Assembly (NCBI GenBank): GCA_964367055.1
Contig: CAYIWD010000003.1
Span: forward strand, 1-38,580
Reading direction: 5' to 3'
DNA length: 38,580 nt
DNA from: an uncultured Candidatus Saccharibacteria bacterium
GTDB taxonomy: Bacteria; Patescibacteriota; Minisyncoccia; UBA6257; UBA9933
The notes under the pieces were generated by a model. That model made no database searches. It had not been told where the DNA came from and saw nothing but the letters and a program-made list of their open reading frames with translations. The position numbers and the translations under genes were made by a program. Each line of letters starts with the position of its first letter. Position 1 is the first letter of the stretch. Shown in pieces: positions 7,611 to 16,795 of the stretch.

Positions 7611-8808
7611 CGGCTATTTTAATAATTCTTTCGTATTTTACCATTCTTTCCGGAGCGGCTGGCGCGCCGGCTTTTAATCCCCAAGCATTAATAGCAACCG
7701 CTAAATCAGCGATAAAATCATCCATTGTTTCGCCGCTGCGGTGGCTGATAACTACTTGCCAATTAGCTTCATAGGCCATTTTTACTACTTTTAATGTCTC
7801 GGTAAGCGTACCGATTTGGTTAGGTTTAATCAAAATCGTATTGCCGGCTTTTTTATCAACAGCTGTTTGTAATCTTTCGGGATTGGTGGTCGTCAGGTCA
7901 TCAGTAATCACTTTTACGTTTTCTGGTACTATCACGTGTGATAGTATTGAAAAGTCATCAAACGCTTCTTCATAAAACGGGTCCTCAATTGATAAAATTT
8001 TATAAGATTCAATGAGTTTCAGATAAAAATTTTTTAATTCTTCCGCAGAATAATTTTTGCCGCCAATAATATAATTATTTTCTTTATAGAATTGCGTAGC
8101 AGCCGCATCCAACCCGATTCTTAAGGGGTAATTATATTTTTTAATTAATTCCGCTAAAATTTCAATTGCTCCTTCATTGTTTTTAAAAGAGCAGGAAAAT
8201 CCAGCTTCATCGCCGAGTAAAATATTTTCCTTGCCGAATTTGTTTTCTAAAAATTCCTTAAGCTTTCTATAAAATTCTTGGCCCAAACCTAGAGCCATTC
8301 CGAAATCTTTAACTTCTGGAATAATTTGAAATTCTTGAAAATCAAGTTTGGATTGCGGGTGAGTGGCATGAGCGCCGCCGTTAATCACGTTAAAAATGGG
8401 GTGAGGTGGTTGGGTAATCGGGGAGTTGGTAATATGTCCAATTGATTGGACATATTGAAAAAGCTCAAGATTTTCTGTTTTCGCCATTAACCGTGCGAAA
8501 GCTAAGGACAAAGCTAAAATCAAGTTAGTACCAAGATTCTGCTTATTCGGCGTGCCATCCAATTGAATCAAAAAATTATCAAATTCTTCTTGGCTGTTAA
8601 ATTCTCGGCTTAAAATCTGCGGTTTAATGTCCTCAAATTTCTCTAGTGCCAGTTTCGGCTCCAAAACAAACGCCTCGTGTGCCCCACGGCTTTTCCCCGA
8701 AGGCACCGAAGTTAATGCTGAAAATTTATCGGTTCTTAATTCTGCCTCTAAAGTTTCTTTTCCACGGGAATCTAAAATTATTTTTAAATTGGCGTCAGAA
8801 ATTTTCAT
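7600..8808 (-). CDS. eno: enolase
   Basis: ILDSRG, VPSG.S, INGGAH, QEF, GDE, IEDP, LIKPNQIG and SHRSGET motifs. Its 3' end overlaps convergent gpmI by 11 bp. Confidence 0.95.
   Translation of the reverse strand: MKISDANLKIILDSRGKETLEAELRTDKFSALTSVPSGKSRGAHEAFVLEPKLALEKFEDIKPQILSREFNSQEEFDNFLIQLDGTPNKQNLGTNLILALSLAFARLMAKTENLELFQYVQSIGHITNSPITQPPHPIFNVINGGAHATHPQSKLDFQEFQIIPEVKDFGMALGLGQEFYRKLKEFLENKFGKENILLGDEAGFSCSFKNNEGAIEILAELIKKYNYPLRIGLDAAATQFYKENNYIIGGKNYSAEELKNFYLKLIESYKILSIEDPFYEEAFDDFSILSHVIVPENVKVITDDLTTTNPERLQTAVDKKAGNTILIKPNQIGTLTETLKVVKMAYEANWQVVISHRSGETMDDFIADLAVAINAWGLKAGAPAAPERMVKYERIIKIAAKD
7927..7946. repeat. 20-bp palindrome within eno
   Basis: TACTATCAC-GT-GTGATAGTA. Confidence 0.7.
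8431..8456. repeat. 26-bp palindrome within eno
   Basis: AATATGTCCAAT-TG-ATTGGACATATT, perfect 12-bp arms. Confidence 0.8.
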
Positions 8809-8819
8809 ATTTCCTAAAT

Positions 8820-9272
8820 TTATAACTTTTTCTTTTTATATCTTTCGAAATATTCTTGATAATGTGTATATGTGGAATAAAAACCGCTATGCAAAGGGGT
8901 GGGTAAATTGTCTAATTTAAACCAGCCGATTTCGTCAATTTTTTCCGGAATGTTATTTTTTTCTTCCCCAGGATTAATTTTTACAAAAAATGGAATTGCC
9001 AACCAGTGCGTCTTTTTACCATTTAGTTCTCTAAAGATAGAGTGAGCTGGTAATTTTTCCTGAATCTCGCCTTTGCAGCCGTACTCCTCAAGTACTTCTT
9101 TTAAAGTATTTTCTTCGGGTGTCAGTCCAAATTCCAATTCTCCAGAGCCAGGATCCCAACGGCCAACCTCATCTCTGCTTTTATCTCCTCTTTTGTGTAA
9201 TAGAAAAAGACCATTGCCGTCATTACAATAAAAAGGAGTAGCGATACCAATATAATCAATTCCAGCAAGCAT
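8820..9272 (-). CDS. NUDIX-family hydrolase
   Basis: Degenerate Nudix box WDPGSGELEFGLTPEENTLKEVLEEYG, with EIGWF..LP at the C-terminus. Confidence 0.85.
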   Translation of the reverse strand: MLAGIDYIGIATPFYCNDGNGLFLLHKRGDKSRDEVGRWDPGSGELEFGLTPEENTLKEVLEEYGCKGEIQEKLPAHSIFRELNGKKTHWLAIPFFVKINPGEEKNNIPEKIDEIGWFKLDNLPTPLHSGFYSTYTHYQEYFERYKKKKL

Positions 9273-9278
9273 AAATAA

Positions 9279-11708
9279 TCATTTAAGTTTTTTCTCTTTT
9301 TCGTAAACTTTTAAAGTTGTTTTGATTATTGTATCAGGATTTAAGGAGATACTTTCAATGCATTGCTCTACCAAAAATTCGGCGAATTCTGGAAAAGTTG
9401 AGGGCGCGTCACCGCAGATGCCTATATATTTCTTTTTGGCTCGGCAAATTTTAATAACTTCGGCGATGAGTTTTTTCACCGACTCGTCGCGTTCATCGGC
9501 AATTTGATGGACCAATTCGCCGGCATCCCTATCAATGCCGATAGTCAGTTGAGTTAAATCATTAGAACCAATGCTCATTCCGTCAAAAATTTTCAAGAAT
9601 TCGTCGGCTAAAATGACATTTGAGGGGATTTCGCACATGACATACACCTTAAGAGGTTTTAGGTCTTGGGTTTTAAGTGTTAGGTTTAACTTCAAACCAT
9701 TTTTTGCCATTATTTCCAGTACTTTTTTACCCTCCTCGGCTGTACGGCAGAAGGGTACCATTACAGAAACATTATCTAATCCCATTTCTTCGCGGACTTT
9801 TTTAATAGCTTTGACTTCCAAAATAAAAGCTGGAGCAAAATTTGGATGATAATATCTTGAAGCGCCGCGCCAGCCGAGCATTGGATTTTCCTCTAACGGC
9901 TCATATAATTCGCCGCCAATTAAAGTTCGGTATTCATTGGTTTTAAAATCAGAAAATCTGACAATAACAGGTTTAGGATAAAAAGCCGCGGCAATTTTAG
10001 CAATGCCATAAGCTAATTTATCAATATAAAATTGGGTTTTATTTTTATAGCCAATAGTTTTTTTGTCTATTTGTGCCTTTAGTTTCGCGTCTTTAAGCTG
10101 TTTGTAGTTTATAAGCGCCATAGGATGAATGTCTATATCTGAAGCGATAATAAATTCTTCTCTGGCTAAACCCACGCCACTATTTGGCAAAAATGATTTT
10201 TCAAAAGCTGTTTCAGGCGTGGCGATATTCATCATTATTTTTGTTTTTGTCCGCCAGGTGGCAGAGGCAAATTTTTTAATATTATGTTCAATTACTTCAA
10301 ATTTCAAAGCGCCATTGTAAACAAAACCTTCGCTACCGGTAGTATCAATTGTAATGGTTTGGCCGGTTTTGATTTTTCGGGTAGCGTTTTCGCTACCAAC
10401 AATGCAGGGGATACCAAGTTCGCGACTGACTATTGCCGCATGGCTGGTGCGACTGCCTTTATCCGTGACAATCGCCGCGGCAATTTTCATTATTGGTTCC
10501 CAATCTGGGTCAGTCATATCGGTTACTAAAACTTCGCCGGCTTTAAATTGATTAATATTTTTTGCACCTAGAATCACTCGGCTAGAGCCTGTCGCTATTT
10601 TGTTGCCAACTGAAATGCCTCTGACAATAGGTTTTAGGTTTTGGGTTTTAGGTTTTAGCAACGCGTATTCTTTAATTTTTGAAAAATCTCGTAAAGAGTG
10701 AACTGTTTCTGGCCTGGCTTGAACAATGTAAAGTTCTTTAGTTTTGCCGTCCTTTGCCCATTCAATATCCATCGGCGTCCACTTTTTGTATTTTTGGCTG
10801 TAATGTTCTTCAATCAAAACGCACCACTTAGCTAATTTGAAAATTTCTTCATCGGATAAAACAAAAGATTTTTTTTGTTTTTGGGGAGTATTAATAATTT
10901 TAGTTCTTTTGATGCCACGACCGATTGAATAAATCATTTTTTGCGCTTTTTCGCCTAGTTTTTTATCAATCATCGCGTTGGTTTTTTTAAATACCAAAAA
11001 TTCATCCGGAATGACCTCTCCTTGGACAATCATTTCTCCCAAGCCCCAGGCGCCATTAATTAAAACTAAATCCCTAAAGCCGGATTCGGTATCCAATGTG
11101 AAAGCCACGCCAGAACAGCCTAAATCAGAGCGAATCATTTTTTCAACGCCAACCGAAAGCGCCACTTGAAAATGGCTAAATCCTTTATCAACCCGATAAG
11201 AAATCGCTCGGTCTTTAAAAAGCGAGGCAAAACAGGCCCGGACCGCTTCTAAAAGCTCTTCTTCGCCGCGGATATTTAAAAATGTTTCATGCTGGCCAGC
11301 AAAAGACGCTTCTGGAACATCTTCGGCAGTAGCTGAAGAACGGACCGCTACGTCAACGTTTTTGCCGTATTCCTTCTCCATCAATCGATAATTTTTAGCA
11401 ATTTCGCTTTTAAGGTTATTAGGCAGCTGCGCGGATTTAATCGCTTCGCGAATTGCTTTTCCACATTTCTCCAAGTCTTTCAGATTTGTAACGTTCAGCC
11501 CCTTTAATGTTTTTTTGATAAATTTACCTAAACCTGTTTGTTTCAAAAAATAGCGATAGCCAGTAGCAGTTACCACAAAACCATCGGGAAATTTTATTCC
11601 CTTTAGCTTCAAATATTTTATCATCTCGCCAAGCGAAGCGTTTTTACCGCCGGCTTCTGGCACATCTTTAATGCCAATGTCTTTAAGTTGTTTAGTAAAT
11701 GGTTTCAT
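9279..11708 (-). CDS. ppsA: phosphoenolpyruvate synthase (pyruvate,water dikinase)
   Basis: GGKNASLGEM, AVRSSATAED, DIEWAKDG, QARPET, TSHAAIVSRELG and SIGSNDLTQ motifs. Confidence 0.97.
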   Translation of the reverse strand: MKPFTKQLKDIGIKDVPEAGGKNASLGEMIKYLKLKGIKFPDGFVVTATGYRYFLKQTGLGKFIKKTLKGLNVTNLKDLEKCGKAIREAIKSAQLPNNLKSEIAKNYRLMEKEYGKNVDVAVRSSATAEDVPEASFAGQHETFLNIRGEEELLEAVRACFASLFKDRAISYRVDKGFSHFQVALSVGVEKMIRSDLGCSGVAFTLDTESGFRDLVLINGAWGLGEMIVQGEVIPDEFLVFKKTNAMIDKKLGEKAQKMIYSIGRGIKRTKIINTPQKQKKSFVLSDEEIFKLAKWCVLIEEHYSQKYKKWTPMDIEWAKDGKTKELYIVQARPETVHSLRDFSKIKEYALLKPKTQNLKPIVRGISVGNKIATGSSRVILGAKNINQFKAGEVLVTDMTDPDWEPIMKIAAAIVTDKGSRTSHAAIVSRELGIPCIVGSENATRKIKTGQTITIDTTGSEGFVYNGALKFEVIEHNIKKFASATWRTKTKIMMNIATPETAFEKSFLPNSGVGLAREEFIIASDIDIHPMALINYKQLKDAKLKAQIDKKTIGYKNKTQFYIDKLAYGIAKIAAAFYPKPVIVRFSDFKTNEYRTLIGGELYEPLEENPMLGWRGASRYYHPNFAPAFILEVKAIKKVREEMGLDNVSVMVPFCRTAEEGKKVLEIMAKNGLKLNLTLKTQDLKPLKVYVMCEIPSNVILADEFLKIFDGMSIGSNDLTQLTIGIDRDAGELVHQIADERDESVKKLIAEVIKICRAKKKYIGICGDAPSTFPEFAEFLVEQCIESISLNPDTIIKTTLKVYEKEKKLK
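9655..9689. repeat. degenerate heptamer array in ppsA
   Basis: GGTTTTA GGTCTTG GGTTTTA AGTGTTA GGTTTAA, encoding LNLTLKTQDLKP. Confidence 0.65.
10250..10265. repeat. TCCGCC-N4-GGCGGA-type hairpin (1 mismatch) in ppsA
   Basis: TCCGCC-AGGT-GGCAGA, encoding SATWR. Compare 19989 and 28932. Confidence 0.65.
10630..10658. repeat. heptamer array in ppsA
   Basis: GGTTTTA GGTTTTG GGTTTTA GGTTTTA, encoding LKPKTQNLKP. Confidence 0.8.
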
Positions 11709-13024
11709 TGCTTTAATATTATCATCAAATCCGAAACATTAAAAGTTTTTGGTTTGGTAAAAATTAAATCCCCGGTTTTTTTGAAAAAATTAAAAGAACC
11801 ATGATTATCAAGGAATTTTTGAGGGTCTAAATTCAATTTTTTACTTTTTTCAATCGTTAAATAATCAGCCAAAGCGCCAGCTGCTTCGGTATTATCGCGA
11901 CCGTCGGAGGCAAAAGACATTATTAATAAATCATTTGAAATTTCGGCAATAGCGCCTAATATCGCTTCGGTATTTCTGCCGCCCTTGCCTTTTAATCCAT
12001 TACCTAATTTTACCGTTGTTTCGCCGGCCGCGAGTATCGCGCTATTTTTCTTTATTGCTTTCATTAATGGAAGCAAGGACTTTTTTGCCTCGCCCTGAAT
12101 TTTTAGAGAATAGATTTTTGGTTTAAAGCCTAATTTTTTTGCTTTTTCTACCATTGCCAAAATCGGCTCGCGGTTAGATAAAAACAAAATATTTTTGACT
12201 TTTTGGAAATACTTTTTGTCTTTCGGGGCCTCTAAAAATTTAATCTTACGAGGCTTAGCCTCGTAAGATTGATATTTTTGCCAAATTTTCTCCGCGTCTT
12301 TTTTAGTGGTTTTATCATTAACTGTTGGTCCGGAAGCAACCATTGATAAATCATTACCAATAACATCCGAGACAATTAAAGAAATTATAGTTGCTGGATA
12401 AGCTATTTTTGCCAAGCCGTCGCCTTTTATTTCAGATAAATGTTTTCTGACCGTGTTTAATTCAACTATATTTGCTCCTTTTTTGGTCAATTCTTTAAAG
12501 ATTGTCCGTGAAGCGTTCAATTCAGATTTCGAAGAGCAGAGCAATGCCGAGCCTCCGCCACAGATAAAAGAAATTATTAAATCTCTTTCGCCAGCGTTTT
12601 TCGCTAATTTTATAATTTCCTGCGTGGCTTTAACGTTTTGTAGGGAAGGCAAGGGATGCGTCCCGGTAAAAATTTCTAATTTTTTATCCGTGTTTGTCCG
12701 TGTTCTAATCCGTGTAAATCTGTGAGGCGGCTGGATATCTAGCGCTAATCCTTTTGTTAGCCGCCTGCTTAAAATTTTGGCTAAACCCGCGCAAGCCAAA
12801 GCTGAACCCTTGCCTATGCCTATAACAAAAACATTTTTATAATTTTTTAAATCAACGCTATGACGCGTCATAGCGCCGTGGTCTATAGACAATTTATTAT
12901 TTTTGAGTTTTATTCTCTGGCTGATTACACTTTCAATATCAATTGCTTCGTATCCGGCTTCAGCAATTAAAAGCGCCTTTTCGCGAAGAGGATTTCTGGC
13001 TAAATTTTTGAAATTAGTAATCAT
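11705..13024 (-). CDS. glycerate 2-kinase-like protein (DUF4147/MOFRL, class II glycerate kinase)
   Basis: VIGIGK, THPLP, GGGSAL, ELNTVRKHLSEIK, SDVIG, ASGPT, GETTV, GKGGRN and DG.D motifs. Confidence 0.9.
   Translation of the reverse strand: MITNFKNLARNPLREKALLIAEAGYEAIDIESVISQRIKLKNNKLSIDHGAMTRHSVDLKNYKNVFVIGIGKGSALACAGLAKILSRRLTKGLALDIQPPHRFTRIRTRTNTDKKLEIFTGTHPLPSLQNVKATQEIIKLAKNAGERDLIISFICGGGSALLCSSKSELNASRTIFKELTKKGANIVELNTVRKHLSEIKGDGLAKIAYPATIISLIVSDVIGNDLSMVASGPTVNDKTTKKDAEKIWQKYQSYEAKPRKIKFLEAPKDKKYFQKVKNILFLSNREPILAMVEKAKKLGFKPKIYSLKIQGEAKKSLLPLMKAIKKNSAILAAGETTVKLGNGLKGKGGRNTEAILGAIAEISNDLLIMSFASDGRDNTEAAGALADYLTIEKSKKLNLDPQKFLDNHGSFNFFKKTGDLIFTKPKTFNVSDLMIILKQ
12242..12270. repeat. 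perfect 13-bp hairpin within the glycerate kinase gene
   Basis: AATCTTACGAGGC-TTA-GCCTCGTAAGATT. Confidence 0.85.
12685..12724. repeat. 10-mer-type tandem array within the glycerate kinase gene
   Basis: TATCCGTGTT TGTCCGTGTT CT AATCCGTGTA AATCTGTG, encoding HRFTRIRTRTNTDK. Confidence 0.8.
12856..12875. repeat. perfect 20-bp palindrome within the glycerate kinase gene
   Basis: CGCTATGACGCGTCATAGCG. Confidence 0.85.
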
Positions 13025-13026
13025 AG

Positions 13027-16000
13027 TTAAATTTTTTTAATTCCCGCCCAAATTTTTTGGCCGTCAATTTGAGATTCATCCTCTACGTCGAAATTTTCAG
13101 TTCTTTGGAATTCAATATTTTTAGCGCCGACTTCTTTCTTGAATTCATCCAGGTGGCGATTTAAAATTTTCCCCAAATTATCAGCCGTTTCTATAAATAA
13201 ATAAATTTTGTCTTTCGGCTGATAGCCGGCTTTTTGCCGCAAACCTTGAACTAATCTGATAAAATCCCTTAAAATTCCTTGTTCGCGGAGCTCGGGAGTA
13301 ATTTCGGTGTCAAGCTCAATTTCTTCTTTAATTTCGGAATCAAAAATAATTTCCCTTACATTAATTTCATCCGCTAAAATTTTTAATAATTCTTCATTAT
13401 TTTTGATTTTTGATATTCGATTTTTGATTTTGAGCGAAGCGAGTGGTTGCCTGATGCGGATGCCAAGTTCGGCTCTTTTGGCTAAAGCTATAGACGCTAA
13501 CCGCCTAATCTCTATCATTTCTTCAATCAATTCTTTATCAATTAATTTTTTATTTTTCTCGGGCCAATCTGTCAGATGAATTGATTCCTGATGTTTTCCG
13601 TCTCCAAATTTTTCATTTAAATTCAAATATAGAAATTCAGCTAAATAAGGCATAATTGGCGCAATTATTTGACCCGTTTTTATAAGAGTTTTATACATAG
13701 TGCTAAAAAACGCTTTGTCTTTTCTGTTTCGACTGCGGCGCAAATACCAAGTAGAAAGGTCTTCAATAAATTCGGCAATGAGCCGCGTAGTTTTAACCGT
13801 GTTATAATTGTCTAAGCTTTCAGTTGTTAAGTTTATTAATTCTTGTGTTCGCGATATTATCCATTTGTCCAAAATAGAAATTTCTTTATCGTCTGATTTT
13901 TCTCCGTTAAATTTCCAGCCGGCTTCATCGGCGTAAATCGCGAAATAATTATAAACGTTTAATAGAATAGTAATGACTTTGCGGTAAACAACTTCTAAAT
14001 CTTTAACGTTGAAATTCAAATTTTCCGCCTGCATCACGACTGAATTCATCAGGTAAAAACGCAAGGCATCGGCGCCGTATTTTTCAATCACGTAAGACGG
14101 GTCGGGAAAATTGTTTTTGGATTTGCTCATTTTGGAGTCATCTTCGGCAAGGATAGTGCCGGTGGTGGCCACATTTTTAAACGGCGCTTTGGCAAAAAGA
14201 ATGTAAGAAATAACATGCATTACATAAAACCAGGCTCTGGTTTGGGCGATATATTCAGCCACAAATTGAGCCGGCAATCTTTTTTCAAAAATTTCTTTAT
14301 TGTCAAAAGGATAATGATATTCGGCAAAAGGCATAGAGCCAGCTTCGGTCCAAGAATCAAAAATCTCTTTGATTCGTTTTGCTTTGCTTCCGCACTTTGG
14401 GCATTTTAAAATTACTTCATCTATGTAGGGGCGATGGAGGTCGTTAATACCAACGCTAATTTCAAAAAGCTCGGCAAAATTAGGATATTCGCGTTCAGAG
14501 CCAAAATATTTTTGAACTAGCCAAAGCGGGTCACCGTGGCTAATTATTAAAATTTTTTTATTTTTGTATTTATGGTTAGTTTCGTTGACAAAATCTATCA
14601 TCCGATTTTGAATTTGCGTCCAGGTTTCTCCGCCTTTTGGCGCTTTTGTCCATTTTGCAGAGTCTTCCATAAAAGCATTATCGTAATCGTTCGCCGGCCG
14701 GCCGTTTAATTCACCAAGATTATATTCTCTTAGTCGTTCGTCAAAAGCCACTGGCGCGTTTAGTTCTTTGCCGATTATTTCCGCCGTATGCTTTGTTCGC
14801 AGCAAATCAGAAGCAAAAATTAAATCTACCCCGCCTTTGTTTTTAAGCTGTTCAATTAATTTTTTAGTTTGTTCTAAGCCGATTTCTGTTAGGTCGTAAA
14901 TTTCTTTTTCCGGATAAGAGGACTCGATTCCTAAAACATTTTGTCGCGCCTGAGCGTGCCGGCTGAAATAAAAAGTATTGGAAGTTAAGCCTAAATCTTT
15001 AATGCTGCCGATTATTATTGGCGGGCAGCCATTCTCGCATTTCCAAATCGGAATTGGATTTCCCCAATAACGATTACGAGAAATATTCCAATCCGGCGCG
15101 GATTCCACGCTTTTTTCATAGCGGCCGTGTTTTAAATGTTCAGGATACCAATTTATTTCTTTGCCATTGGATTTTATTAGCCCACTCTTAATTTTTTGGA
15201 TATTAATAAACCAAGCAGGAATGGCATTGTAATAAAGAGGGTTAGCGCAGCGCCAACAAAAAGGATAGGAATGAGTTTGTTTTTGTTTTTGAAAAAGCAA
15301 ACCGCGTTTTTCCAAATCGCTGATTACCATTTTGTTGGCGTCTTTGAAATAAATACTTCGCAAAAATTCCGGTGCCTCGTTATTAAATTTACCTTTTTCG
15401 TCTAAAAGCGGAACAACTGGCAAGCCAAATTTCTGGCCTAATTCATAATCTTCTTCGCCATAAACTACAGCTGTATGAACAATGCCAGTACCTTCTTCTG
15501 TTAAAACAAAATCAGCGGGATAAACTTTGAAAGTTTTATCTGATTTAATCGCTTCTACATCAAAAAGCGGTTCATATTCCAAACCAATTAAATCTTTGCC
15601 GGATATTTTTTTAATAGAATTTAGTTTTTTTCCTTCTGGCGAAGCTTCAGCAACAATAAATCTTTCACCATTTAATTCGGCAATGTTATAAATAAGGTCT
15701 TTATTAATAGCCAACGCCGCATTACCGGGCAAAGTCCAGGGCGTAGTTGTCCAAGCTAAAAAATAGGTATTTTGCCACTCCGATTCTTTGCTTTTTATCC
15801 TGAATTTTACCGTAACTGTATCTTCTTCTACGTCTTTATAAGAATTATCCATCGCCACTTCAAAATTAGAAACCGGCGTTTCGCAGCGCGGGCAATAGAG
15901 CAAAACTTTTCTGCCTTCATAAACTAAACCTTTTTCATAAATTTGCTTGAAAGCCCACCAGACCGATTCCATATAATCCCTATCCATTGTTTTATAGGAA

Positions 16001-16425
16001 TTCTCAAAATCAATCCAACGAGCAATTCTTTTTATGGTTTTTCCCCACTCGTCGGCGTATTCCAAAACTTTACTGTGGCAGGTTTCATTAAATTTTTTAA
16101 TGCCGATTTCTTCAATTTGCTTTTTACCGGAGATGCCTAGTTGCCGTTCCACAATTTCTTCAATCGGCAGTCCATGGCAGTCCCAGCCCCATCTGCGCCT
16201 GACAAAATATCCTTGCATTGTCTTATAACGCGGGATTAAATCTTTTATCGTAGAGGCCAAAATATGGCCGTAGTGCGGCAAGCCAGTGGCAAATGGCGGA
16301 CCATCATAAAAAACAAAATCACCCCTTGGGGATTCTTTTTTAAGTGTTTTTTCAAAAATCTTCTTTTCCTGCCAGAACCTCAAAATTTTTGGTTCAAATT
16401 CAGAGGGTTTGAGCGATTTGATCAT
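13027..16425 (-). CDS. ileS: isoleucyl-tRNA synthetase (type 2) with inserted histidine-phosphatase domain
   Basis: DGPPFATGLPHYGH, GWDCHGLP, WTTTPWTLP, DWNISRNRYWG, QTRAWF, KMSKS and a type-2 C-terminus. Extra SRHAQ...SHG domain at about 14455-14980. Confidence 0.95.
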   Translation of the reverse strand: MIKSLKPSEFEPKILRFWQEKKIFEKTLKKESPRGDFVFYDGPPFATGLPHYGHILASTIKDLIPRYKTMQGYFVRRRWGWDCHGLPIEEIVERQLGISGKKQIEEIGIKKFNETCHSKVLEYADEWGKTIKRIARWIDFENSYKTMDRDYMESVWWAFKQIYEKGLVYEGRKVLLYCPRCETPVSNFEVAMDNSYKDVEEDTVTVKFRIKSKESEWQNTYFLAWTTTPWTLPGNAALAINKDLIYNIAELNGERFIVAEASPEGKKLNSIKKISGKDLIGLEYEPLFDVEAIKSDKTFKVYPADFVLTEEGTGIVHTAVVYGEEDYELGQKFGLPVVPLLDEKGKFNNEAPEFLRSIYFKDANKMVISDLEKRGLLFQKQKQTHSYPFCWRCANPLYYNAIPAWFINIQKIKSGLIKSNGKEINWYPEHLKHGRYEKSVESAPDWNISRNRYWGNPIPIWKCENGCPPIIIGSIKDLGLTSNTFYFSRHAQARQNVLGIESSYPEKEIYDLTEIGLEQTKKLIEQLKNKGGVDLIFASDLLRTKHTAEIIGKELNAPVAFDERLREYNLGELNGRPANDYDNAFMEDSAKWTKAPKGGETWTQIQNRMIDFVNETNHKYKNKKILIISHGDPLWLVQKYFGSEREYPNFAELFEISVGINDLHRPYIDEVILKCPKCGSKAKRIKEIFDSWTEAGSMPFAEYHYPFDNKEIFEKRLPAQFVAEYIAQTRAWFYVMHVISYILFAKAPFKNVATTGTILAEDDSKMSKSKNNFPDPSYVIEKYGADALRFYLMNSVVMQAENLNFNVKDLEVVYRKVITILLNVYNYFAIYADEAGWKFNGEKSDDKEISILDKWIISRTQELINLTTESLDNYNTVKTTRLIAEFIEDLSTWYLRRSRNRKDKAFFSTMYKTLIKTGQIIAPIMPYLAEFLYLNLNEKFGDGKHQESIHLTDWPEKNKKLIDKELIEEMIEIRRLASIALAKRAELGIRIRQPLASLKIKNRISKIKNNEELLKILADEINVREIIFDSEIKEEIELDTEITPELREQGILRDFIRLVQGLRQKAGYQPKDKIYLFIETADNLGKILNRHLDEFKKEVGAKNIEFQRTENFDVEDESQIDGQKIWAGIKKI
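13400..13433. repeat. heptamer array in ileS
   Basis: TTTTTGA TTTTTGA TATTCGA TTTTTGA TTTTGA, encoding KIKNRISKIKN. Confidence 0.75.
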
Positions 16426-16434
16426 TTGATTCTT

Positions 16435-16463
16435 ATTTTATCAGGATAATAAATTAATTTCAA
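16435..16463 (-). promoter_or_regulatory. sigma70-type promoter of ileS
   Basis: TTGAAA-17 bp-TAAAAT with an extended TG, 9 nt before the ATG. Confidence 0.65.
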
Positions 16464-16470
16464 TTTTTTA

Positions 16471-16504
16471 AAAAAATAAAAGGTTGGTTTTTTAAGCCAA
16501 CCTT
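16471..16504 (-). terminator. intrinsic terminator
   Basis: AAGGTTGGCTT-AAA-AAACCAACCTT followed by a T-rich run on the minus strand. Confidence 0.7.
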
Positions 16505-16545
16505 AAAAGTCAAAGAATTTCAAAAAAACGAAAAGTGGGGGAGCA

Positions 16546-16749
16546 TTATGGGGCTGGCGGGAGGCGTCGACTCCCTTTTGGATGCTCTGGGGACATCAGT
16601 AACGCCCATGTTTCAGGCAAAAATTCTGTTTTTGCCCGGTACGATGCGAGACGCCCGCATCGCCGCGAACATCTCCGTCTGTCTACATTTGGCCCGCACT
16701 CTTGACACGGGCTCACCCTTGCCGAAAATTCATACTTAATGCAATTCAT
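16546..16749 (-). CDS. small Cys-rich hypothetical protein (67 aa)
   Basis: Strong SD (GAGGAGG) before the ATG and a terminator downstream. CxxC...C...C pattern, GC-richer than neighbours. Confidence 0.6.
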   Translation of the reverse strand: MNCIKYEFSARVSPCQECGPNVDRRRCSRRCGRLASYRAKTEFLPETWALLMSPEHPKGSRRLPPAP

Positions 16750-16795
16750 ACTCTTCCCTCCTCGTTTTAGATTTTAATGCTCTGTAATTATCTTA

